From contig JAZODF010000074.1 of assembly GCA_045596865.1 (NCBI GenBank), positions 24,407 to 88,406 on the forward strand: a stretch of 64,000 bases of DNA. Reading direction: 5' to 3'. The notes under the pieces are model-generated. The model was given only the letters and a program-made list of their open reading frames with translations. It did no database searches and was not told where the DNA came from. Positions 55,193-63,700 of the stretch are shown here, one piece after another. A program made the translations under genes and the position numbers. Positions within the stretch are counted from its first letter, which is position 1, and each line of letters starts with the position of its first letter. Source of the stretch: Eubacteriales bacterium (GTDB lineage: Bacteria > Bacillota > Clostridia > Oscillospirales > CAG-272).

Positions 55193-57004
55193 CTATTTTT
55201 CCACTTGCCTCTCAATCGCGAAAAGGACGGTTGCGTTTTTCTTTAATTCAAACTCAATACAGTCGACGGTTTGTGCGGGCAGCTTTACGCCGAATATCGG
55301 GCAGACGGTACAGGTGTGAGGAAAATGCAAGCGCTTCTTTCCGCCAACTGCGGAATGAAGACCAATATGGCCGTTGCCTACGTAAACTACGTCATTTTCT
55401 TCTGAATAAAAGTGTATGCCGTTGGTTTTATAAAAATTGCGTATTTCATCTACTGTAAGCTCATAATGATCGGTGGTTGCCGTAAGATAGGGGATCCCCA
55501 TTTTCTCGCAAAGCCTCATCGCTCGCCTTCCCGCATCCGATGCTACGGGCATAGGGAAGATCGCCGCCTTGTAATTTGCAAGAATGTGTTCGGCATCCTC
55601 CGCCATAAATATGTCGTAGGGAACCCCGGTGTTGCCCATTGCAAGGCGCGTTGTGTGTATTCCGTTCAGCTGTGGTGAAGAATTGAACAGCCGTGCATAT
55701 CCGCACTCGTCTGCGAAAAATACGACCTCATTTAATGGAGATTTGCACGGTTTTATAAGACCGTTATCATAAATATGCTTCATATCAAGCAATTCTTTCA
55801 TTAAGGTCGGATCGTCATACCATCCGCCCCACATATCAAACCACCATATTGCCGAGCCCTTCGTTATTTGATGGGCAAAGCATTTTCTCAGCGCCTCGCG
55901 TGAAAGATCGACCGTAGGCGGACCAACCCACACCGTGGCTCCGTCACCCGTGCGGTACATATCATCGGCGTATTCACCGGGGCGTACATCCTGGATGGCT
56001 TTTGTCAAATACGTTCTTACGTCACACTCAATGAAGCACAGCTTTCCGTGGAGCCTGAGTGAATCCACGGGTATCATATCTACCCAGTCGATGCCAAAGC
56101 TTCTGTTTCCCTGATAGGAGTTTGGCGAGGAAATGAAATCTACGTTTGGCGAATCTATCAGACGTCTGAGCGCATGAGAGCCAAAAAGCACGGTATCGCA
56201 GGATTCAAACGAATAGCCGTAAAATGTTCCCACGATTTGCGAATGCTCGGTGCTTTCCTTAATCGTTTTTGCAAAATGCTCGACGGTTTTTGCGACCTCC
56301 TCGTTGCAAAAGAGAGAATACCTGATTGCGTTTTCGTTTGCGTTTTCGCCTTTCGCTTGATATAGAAAATCGCAAGGAGAGGGAAGTGTGGACTCGCTAT
56401 CTCCGTATTTTTCCTTTAACCATCGTGTGTAGTGGGGGGCGGCCTCTTGGCAAAGACTGCCGAATAGGTCATGGTGAAACCACTCCTGAGTTTGTCCGCC
56501 GCAAATCTGCCACCCTCCGATGCTGTAAGCGTAATCCGAGCCTTTGACGTGATTTATAAACTCTTCTAAGAGCTTTGCACCATCCTGACGGAAGCTCTCT
56601 GAGAACAGCGTCTCACGGTAGCCGCCCTTTTTTGTGAGAATACATTCGTCGACGTGAGCGTTAACCCACCATTTGGGCATACTAACGTAGATTCTTGGAA
56701 ATATTACCGCATCGGGGCAAGCCGTAAGGATTCTATGCACTTCTCGCTCAAACTCCGAGTAATCAGGGCTGTTGATGTCCTCAAAAACGCCAACGCGGAA
56801 GGGTGAAAATCCCGTTACACCGCTGTTGATCGGCAGGGTGGTAAAGGACGTGTTGACGAAAAACAAACGGCAGCCGATATCCGCAAAATCCGCACAGCGG
56901 CTTCGCTCCTCAAAATACGTGGTGTAAGCCATAGCGGCTGTCGGTTGATCGTCAATGTATAAGCACGGATTGCCGTTCTTTATTTTAATTTCGCTTTTTA
57001 GCAT
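55193..57004 (-). CDS. Hypothetical glycoside-hydrolase-like protein (TIM-barrel, clan GH-A-like; family not identified)
   Basis: 603 aa with AAGGAG RBS. Its start overlaps the murQ 3' end by 7 nt. The blocks VIFPRIYVSMPKWWV and AIWWFDMWGGWYDDP resemble GH42/GH35-like barrels, but I cannot place it. It is visibly more AT-rich than the neighbours. Confidence 0.5.
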   Translation of the reverse strand: MLKSEIKIKNGNPCLYIDDQPTAAMAYTTYFEERSRCADFADIGCRLFFVNTSFTTLPINSGVTGFSPFRVGVFEDINSPDYSEFEREVHRILTACPDAVIFPRIYVSMPKWWVNAHVDECILTKKGGYRETLFSESFRQDGAKLLEEFINHVKGSDYAYSIGGWQICGGQTQEWFHHDLFGSLCQEAAPHYTRWLKEKYGDSESTLPSPCDFLYQAKGENANENAIRYSLFCNEEVAKTVEHFAKTIKESTEHSQIVGTFYGYSFESCDTVLFGSHALRRLIDSPNVDFISSPNSYQGNRSFGIDWVDMIPVDSLRLHGKLCFIECDVRTYLTKAIQDVRPGEYADDMYRTGDGATVWVGPPTVDLSREALRKCFAHQITKGSAIWWFDMWGGWYDDPTLMKELLDMKHIYDNGLIKPCKSPLNEVVFFADECGYARLFNSSPQLNGIHTTRLAMGNTGVPYDIFMAEDAEHILANYKAAIFPMPVASDAGRRAMRLCEKMGIPYLTATTDHYELTVDEIRNFYKTNGIHFYSEENDVVYVGNGHIGLHSAVGGKKRLHFPHTCTVCPIFGVKLPAQTVDCIEFELKKNATVLFAIERQVEK

Positions 57005-57825
57005 GATAATTTCTCCTTATCTGCTGTGACGGCTTTCCTTATATTCCATTCGTTTTTCTCAAGCCTTATTATTGCTTCCGTATCGTCGCATGACAGTATT
57101 TCGGTAACTATACGAATAACACGTTTTTTTAGCTTTTCGTTCGACGGGGAAAGATTGATCATCATATTCTCATACACCTTACCCGTTTTTGCCATGGCGC
57201 AGGTCGTGAGGGTGTTGAGAACTATCTTTTGAGCTGTTCCCGCTTTCAAGCGGGTAGAGCCTGTAAGCACCTCCGCACCGGTGTCTGTAAATATTTGTAT
57301 GTCTGATACGTTCAGTATTTTTGTGTCGGGATTACTGCTGATTCCTACGGTTACGGCGCCAAGAGCCTTTGCACTTTCTATTGCACCCACTACGTATGCC
57401 GCATTACCCGCCGCAGATATTCCTACCACAACGTCCTTCGATGTAATACCGTGTTCATAGATTGCTTCACGGCCTTTTTCGTATTTATCCTCTTCGTTCT
57501 CGCCTGCACGGAACACACGTTCCTTTCCACCGGCAATAATTCCTTGCACTTGTTCGTAAGGAACACCGAACGTGGGGGGACACTCTGCGGCATCGAGCAC
57601 GCCAAGTCTGCCGGACGTTCCTGCTCCAACGTAGAAAAGACGTCCGCCGTTTTCAAAGGCATCTGCAATAGCATCTACTGCTTTTGCTATAGCGTCTGCG
57701 GCATCCTCTACCGCGCGCACGGCATCGTAGTTTGCCCGTATGACGAGCCGCGCCATATCCGCCGTGCCCATCTTGTCCATATTCATACTGTCGGGATTTC
57801 TCATCTCCGTCTTTGGAATACTCAT
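56998..57825 (-). CDS. murQ: N-acetylmuramic acid 6-phosphate etherase
   Basis: Trimmed to the ATG at 57825 (MSIPKTEMRNPDSMNMDKM...; GGAGGGG RBS). The SIS-domain block is GGRLFYVGAGTSGRLGVLDAAECPPTFG. Its ATG overlaps the upstream kinase stop (ATGA). Confidence 0.9.
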   Translation of the reverse strand: MSIPKTEMRNPDSMNMDKMGTADMARLVIRANYDAVRAVEDAADAIAKAVDAIADAFENGGRLFYVGAGTSGRLGVLDAAECPPTFGVPYEQVQGIIAGGKERVFRAGENEEDKYEKGREAIYEHGITSKDVVVGISAAGNAAYVVGAIESAKALGAVTVGISSNPDTKILNVSDIQIFTDTGAEVLTGSTRLKAGTAQKIVLNTLTTCAMAKTGKVYENMMINLSPSNEKLKKRVIRIVTEILSCDDTEAIIRLEKNEWNIRKAVTADKEKLSC

Positions 57826-58964
57826 TGCGTAACCCCTCCGTACGTGTTCTTGAAGTTCTCGTAAAAGCTCTCGGGAGTCTCCACACCGCAAAGAAGGCAG
57901 GCACCCCTCGCCGCACCGTAAACGGGCGGAAGCACGCCGATGATCAGCTTGACCCTGCTGTACCTCTCAATGTGCTCTCGCATAACGTCGGTGTAATGCG
58001 TGAACAGGCCGCCGCTGGCAACGGCTATCGGCTCCGCACCGTAAAGCTCGACACCCGCGTTCAAAAGCTCGGCAAGCGCACGCGCGCTCTCGTCAATGAT
58101 CCGCGCCGCCGTAGCATCACCCCTGCGGTACGCCTCGAATGCAACGGTGGCAAGCTCGGCAATGTACGGCTTTCCCTCGCTGTAAATTGTGCCAAGGTGA
58201 TCCCACACCTTGTCGGTGCCAAGCCTCTTTTTGAGCAGGGAGGTGAGAAGCGAAGGGGCACAACCTCTGTCCTCCTCGTAAAGGGCGGCGCGTATCACCT
58301 CTCTGCCAATGTCGTACGCGCTTCCCGCATTGTCAAGCAGGTAACCCCAGCCGCCGAGCCGCTTGAATTCCTCTGCCCTTTTTACAAACACCGCGGAGCC
58401 CGTGCCGCTTATAACGGCCATCGCCGCCCCGTCGAACATGGCGAAAAGGTTGAAAACGTCGCTCTTAACCTCGATCTTCGAATTGGGGTAGCATTTTCTG
58501 AGCTCGGTGGCAAGCCGTGCCGCGTGATTTCCCGCGCTCGCCCCCGCGATACCGAGGAACATCCCCCTGACCGAGCGCACCTTGGACAGTATCCTGTCAA
58601 TCCCGCCCTTCAGAATGGCAAACGCCTTATCGTAACCGATGTCGTTCGGGTTGCATCCGCTCTCGACTATCCGCGTGACCACGTTCCCCTCGACGGAAAC
58701 CACGGCGAACTCGGTCTTCGTACCGCCGCCGTCGATTCCCAAATACAGGTCCTCGCCCCGCGGGCGCAAAAGCTCGTCAACCGTTATCCCGAAAAGCTCG
58801 GCAATCCGCACGAGGTTGTCAAGGTCGGGGCAGGTGATCCCGCGCTCCCAGCCCGACACCGCCTGAAAGCTTATGGACATCAGCCCCGCAAACTCCCCCT
58901 GCGTCAGCCCCCGCCGAAGGCGCAGAGCTCGTATTTGACTTCCTATATACTTTATATCGATCAT
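57822..58964 (-). CDS. XRE-type HTH domain fused to BadF/BadG/BcrA/BcrD-type sugar kinase (MurK/GlcNAc-kinase-like)
   Basis: Trimmed to the ATG at 58964 (GGAGG 7 nt upstream), giving 380 aa. The N-terminal part IGSQIRALRLRRGLTQGEFAGLMSISFQAVSGWERG...NLVRIAELFGITVDELL is an HTH_3/XRE fold. It is followed by LYLGIDGGGTKTEFAVV (ATPase phosphate-1 motif) and ISGTGS. Confidence 0.8.
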   Translation of the reverse strand: MIDIKYIGSQIRALRLRRGLTQGEFAGLMSISFQAVSGWERGITCPDLDNLVRIAELFGITVDELLRPRGEDLYLGIDGGGTKTEFAVVSVEGNVVTRIVESGCNPNDIGYDKAFAILKGGIDRILSKVRSVRGMFLGIAGASAGNHAARLATELRKCYPNSKIEVKSDVFNLFAMFDGAAMAVISGTGSAVFVKRAEEFKRLGGWGYLLDNAGSAYDIGREVIRAALYEEDRGCAPSLLTSLLKKRLGTDKVWDHLGTIYSEGKPYIAELATVAFEAYRRGDATAARIIDESARALAELLNAGVELYGAEPIAVASGGLFTHYTDVMREHIERYSRVKLIIGVLPPVYGAARGACLLCGVETPESFYENFKNTYGGVTQ

Positions 58965-59119
58965 AATTCGCCTCCGTGGGTCTATATATCTCAATTATAA
59001 CAACCGCCACTTGAAAAGTCAATAAACGCCTGCTTTAAATAACCCCGAAATTTCAATCACCCGTTGAATAAACGAAGAAGAAAAAGCCCTCCGATTTCCA
59101 TTGTCGGAGGGCTAAATAT

Positions 59120-60316
59120 TTATTTTACAACACCCCGTGTCTTTTTGGCAATCGCGGTGAAGTATGGGCGGATACCCTCTAGGATTTCATCCTCCGTCAT
59201 TGCCGCGGGCGTATCGGTCCAAAGGCAAATACCCGCCCCCTTCACAAGAGGGCTCGGCGCCGTTGGGTTGTTTTCCTTAACGTTGTTGTCAAATATGTAC
59301 GGATGCCAGCCCGCGAGAATATCCTCGGGCGTGACCTTCGACGGCGGACGGTCGGGATAAAGGGTATAGTAGGTATGGTTTTGCTCGAAATTATATACCG
59401 CGTGACCTCTGTCAAGATAGGTTAACACGCTGTTCTCCCCGTTGTTTGAAAATGTCGACCAGTACAGTATCTCGATCGATTTGTCGAGCTCGGTGGCACC
59501 CTGCCACCCCGTGTCAAAGCTGCGGTAAACGTCGTCGTTCCACATAAGGACGGTCTCGTAGCCCATGTCCTTCAGCATCCGAGTGATACCGTTAGCATAA
59601 AGGATAAAAGCGTCGTATGCCACCGCGTTCTCGTTACCCGTGATTCTCCTTGCATAGTCATCCCAATGCTCCAGGTTCTGCCACTTCGAGAGGCTGTCGT
59701 CAATCGTCTCGCCAAATCCGAGAAGCTCATCACCCCCGAGCACGAAGCTCTTGCAGCCAAGCTCGGCGAAGAATCCTCCGTACTCTTTATACAGATTTTC
59801 GGCAAACTCCACCGCCTCGGGGTTTGCAAGATCAATGCCGCGCGAGTATGACATTGGGATTTCTTCCTTCTTTGCGCTTGACCCCTGCACGATAGAGGTC
59901 ACCCCACCCTTGTGAAAGTAATTGCCGATGTCGGTTCCGTAATGCTCGTTGTATTTCTTGACAACGTAATTCATGTGACCGGGGGAGTCAAGTGACGGGA
60001 TAACCTCAACCCCCTTTGAATGGGCGAATCGAACTATATCCGCCATTTCCTCCTGCGTGATATACCTGTGGTTGTTCTCGGGCTCGCCGTTTGCAATACC
60101 AAAGACCGCGAGGGTGTGGTCGCCTCCCGCAAGCCAAGGGTATCTCTTGGATTCAAGGCGCATTCCCATATCCTCGGAGAAGTGTATAATTATGGCGTTG
60201 TAACCCACGGCGGAAATCTCGCCGATCAGCCTCTTTATCCAATTGGGTGTCAGATATTTTCTGGCACAATCAAGCATGAAAATGCATTTGTCAACGTAAT
60301 ATTTTGAATTGTCCAT
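59120..60316 (-). CDS. GH20 beta-N-acetylhexosaminidase family protein
   Basis: Trimmed to the ATG at 60316 (MDNSKYYVDK...). The GH20 blocks are FMLDCARKY, IIIHFSEDMGMRLE, IPSLDSPGHMNY and FVLGGDE. Confidence 0.75.
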   Translation of the reverse strand: MDNSKYYVDKCIFMLDCARKYLTPNWIKRLIGEISAVGYNAIIIHFSEDMGMRLESKRYPWLAGGDHTLAVFGIANGEPENNHRYITQEEMADIVRFAHSKGVEVIPSLDSPGHMNYVVKKYNEHYGTDIGNYFHKGGVTSIVQGSSAKKEEIPMSYSRGIDLANPEAVEFAENLYKEYGGFFAELGCKSFVLGGDELLGFGETIDDSLSKWQNLEHWDDYARRITGNENAVAYDAFILYANGITRMLKDMGYETVLMWNDDVYRSFDTGWQGATELDKSIEILYWSTFSNNGENSVLTYLDRGHAVYNFEQNHTYYTLYPDRPPSKVTPEDILAGWHPYIFDNNVKENNPTAPSPLVKGAGICLWTDTPAAMTEDEILEGIRPYFTAIAKKTRGVVK

Positions 60317-60541
60317 AATGCCGCCACTTCCTCGCGTTTTCTTGTATTTTACCACAAGCAAATGGATAAATCAATAAATAATTGATTGAAGAGCTTCGTC
60401 ATAATCAATCACGGGTTTATAAAGGGTAGCAAATCCCCGATGCACCAAATCCAAAAGGACAGGCCTCGGGGCTCTCGACAGAAACAAGGCTAACAAAAGG
60501 CAATGCCTTTAACAAGCAGTTTACAAAATTTATTGTAAGTA

Positions 60542-60570
60542 TTGCAATTTCTCCCGTATCATGCTATAAT
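60542..60570 (+). promoter_or_regulatory. Sigma-A-type promoter (extended -10) of the surface-protein gene
   Basis: TTGCAA (60542-60547), 17-nt spacer, TGcTATAAT (60562-60570). Confidence 0.65.
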
Positions 60571-60576
60571 GTACTT

Positions 60577-60729
60577 GCCAAACAATCTTAATATTCGTAT
60601 GCATAGTCCTTTTTCTCGTTATAGGGAAACTATGCCTTTTTGTGATACCGTCAAACGTCCTCGTTTTGGTAAAAGCGCGGCTCCCGTTTGATGGTATGGC
60701 GAAGCTATGCTACGAATAGATTGTTTGGC
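60577..60729 (+). promoter_or_regulatory. Highly structured ~150-nt leader element (candidate cis-regulatory RNA or MITE-like palindrome)
   Basis: There is long-range pairing 60577-60588/60718-60729 (12 bp), 60593-60599/60711-60717 (7 bp) and 60601-60606/60705-60710 (6 bp). An inner 13-bp helix pairs 60645-60657 with 60685-60697. A competing local hairpin pairs 60601-60607 with 60629-60635. Confidence 0.6.
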
Positions 60730-60752
60730 GACAATTGGGGCTGGCGTTTTTT

Positions 60753-60786
60753 GTGCGACGGCTTCGGCTGTCGCACTTTTATTTTT
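60753..60786 (+). terminator. Intrinsic terminator inside the leader, immediately before the RBS
   Basis: 10-bp stem GTGCGACGGC (60753-60762) / GCTGTCGCAC (60767-60776) with a TTCG tetraloop, then TTTTATTTTT. GGAGGAG starts at 60787. Confidence 0.75.
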
Positions 60787-60796
60787 GGAGGAGAGA

Positions 60797-63700
60797 ATGA
60801 AAAAAGTTGTTTTGTCGATAACCTTGCTACTGCTCGTAGTAGTAACCTCTTTGCTCTTTGTTTCCTGTGGCAATGATACGCTAAAAGGCACCGAGGTTGA
60901 CCTTGAAGGCTTCACGGAAATTGAGGACGCGTCCCTTGGTACTGTATTTTATATAGAGGTGCCAAGCTCGAAAATCGTGTATTCCCTAAACGATGTCGTA
61001 AAGGTAAATAAAAAATCCTCATGGTTTGTTTCCACCGACCTTGAGGGTAATAATAGAATTCCAAGCAAAACGGTTGAGCTTTTTGAGGGAAACAATGTTT
61101 TTTTCCTTATGGTTGAGGACAAGGATTCTAATGTCAAGCAATATACCCTTCTCATTAGAAGAAGAGCTACCTATACCGTGAAATATTATTCCAGCGCATA
61201 TACCGTTCATTCGGTAGAAGAGGTGGAGGAAGGAACGCTTGCAACTCCACCTGTTTTGACAGCGCCTTTGGGGTATCATCTTCAAGGATGGAGTTATGAT
61301 TTCTCGCTCCCGATAAATGGAGATGTCGAGGCGGGGGTAATTTGGGCTCCCAACGAATATACGCTCACTTATAATGCAAATGGCGGAACGCCTAGCAAAA
61401 ACACCCAAACTGTAAAGTATGGCATGAGTTTTACTCTTGCTACCGCAACTCGTCCGGGATACACCTTCGAGGGGTGGTATAACGGAATCACAAAATTGTA
61501 TGCGGGCGAGTGGAGATACACAGAAAATATAGTAGTTGTAGCAAAATGGATTCCGAATGATTATTCAATAAGTTATTATCTTAACGGTGGCACTAATAAC
61601 GCCAATAACCCCACCGTCTATAGCACCGGCGATAGCATAACATTGCGCGAGCCCACGAAAGAAGGATACACCTTCCTTGGCTGGACGTATTCAGGAGTAA
61701 CCGAGCCAACCAAGAACGTAGTTATTTTCTCCGGCGAATATGGCAATAAAGCATTTACTGCAAATTGGCAGGCTAACGAATATAGCCTGACCTTTAATGC
61801 GGATGGCGGTAATTGTGACGCCCTTGAAATGAATGTTGTTTACGATGAATACATTACACTTCCTACTGCCTATAAAGAGGGGTATGAATTCCTCGGCTGG
61901 TATGACGGAATGACCGAAATTACGAGCGGCTATTGGAAAACAGACAGCAACGTTGACCTCGTAGCAAAATGGAAGCTTATTCCTTATCGTATCACTTACA
62001 CTCTTAACGGTGGAACTAACGCTGCAATGAACCCCGAAACCTATAATATCATAAGTGAAAGCTTTTCTCTTGAAGATCCTGTTCGAGAGGGATACGAATT
62101 CCTCGGTTGGACCTATGAGGGACAAAGCACTCCTACAAAGCTTGTGAGTGTTGAAAACGGAAGTAAGGGTGACAGAGCATTTATTGCTAATTGGCAGGCT
62201 AAGTCCTTTACTGTAGGTTTTGATGCAAATGGTGGCGAGTGTTCTACCGATCCCCTTGAAGTAACGTATGACGATCACTGCGATCTGCCTGTTCCCGCAA
62301 GAGTAGGTCACACCTTCGCGGGTTGGTACTATAACGGAAAGAAGTATGAGAGCGGAATCTGTAAAATAGCAGACAATATTACACTTGTCGCACAGTGGGA
62401 CGTTATCGACTACGTTATCAATTATACTCTTAACGGCGGGACCAATCCCATGAGTAATCCTTCCTCGTATAATATTCTCACGGGCGCGATAATTGCGAAT
62501 CCAACTCGTACGGGCTATACCTTCCTCGGTTGGACTTACGAGGGGCAAAGCACGCCCGTGAAGGATTTGTCCTTCGCTAAAGGTACTACCGAGGACAAAA
62601 CTCTCGTAGCACATTGGGAGGCAAACAATTACAAGATTACACTTGATGCTAATGGTGGAAATGTAGATAGCGATAAGCTCGACGTTGCTTACGACGACAA
62701 CTTCGTGCTTCCTCAACCCACAAGGGCAGGATATACCTTTACAGGCTGGTATAACGGTAGCACAAAGGTTACGAGCGGTACTTGGAAGACCGCTGACAAT
62801 ATGACGCTCAAAGCAAGTTGGAGCATTGTCACGTATAGCATCTCCTATGTTATGAACGGCGGAGTTAACAGCACTAGCAATCCTACCACCTTTACCGTTG
62901 TAAGTGGCGCGACTATTAAAAATCCCACACGCACGGGCTACACCTTCCTCGGTTGGACATACTCGGGCGTCACAACACCTACGAAGGACGTAACACTCTC
63001 GGCGGGTACTATCGACAGTAAGGTGTTTACGGCTCATTGGCAGGCAAACGAATATACCTTGACCTTTAACGCCAACGGCGGTGAGGTTGAAAACGGCAGC
63101 ATGCTCGTCACCTATGACGATAACTACTCTGTACCTGTTCCCACAAGAACAGGCTATATCTTCAAGGGCTGGTTTGACGGAAATACACAGTATTCGGGCG
63201 GTGCTTGGAAGGCTGCAAGTGATGTTATGGTCGTTGCAAAATGGGAAGCGAAGACCTATACGATTACCTATAACGCAAACGGCGGTAGCGTGAACGGTGC
63301 TACTCAAACCGTAACCTTCGATAAGGAATTCGTTCTCCGTGAGCCTTCTCGTACAGGTTACACCTTCCTCGGTTGGTATAACGGAGAAACGAAGGTTATT
63401 GGTGGTGTTTGGACTGTTGATAATAATATGTCACTCAAAGCGGAGTGGCAGGCAAACAGCTACGCTGTAACCTATGACGCAAACGGTGGTACTGCTTCTC
63501 ACACCGGGGACACTGCAACCTATGATTCTGACTTTACCCTTGCAACCGCAGAGAGAGTAGGCTATACCTTTGTCGGCTGGTATGATGGAACAAAGCTTTA
63601 TACAGACGGCACTTGGAAAACGGCAAATACCGTAAAGCTCGTTGCTAAATGGACTGCAAATACCGACACGAAGTACGTTGTAAATCACCATTTGCAGAAT

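Noticed and set aside
61691-63307. 538-aa minus-strand ORF, the only long ORF the track offers for 61-64 kb
   Set aside because: It is antisense to the unlisted + strand Flg_new-repeat gene (60797 to beyond 64000). That gene has a promoter, leader, RBS, signal peptide and a clean repeat architecture. The minus ORF has an odd Cys/Ile/Arg-rich composition and no start context.
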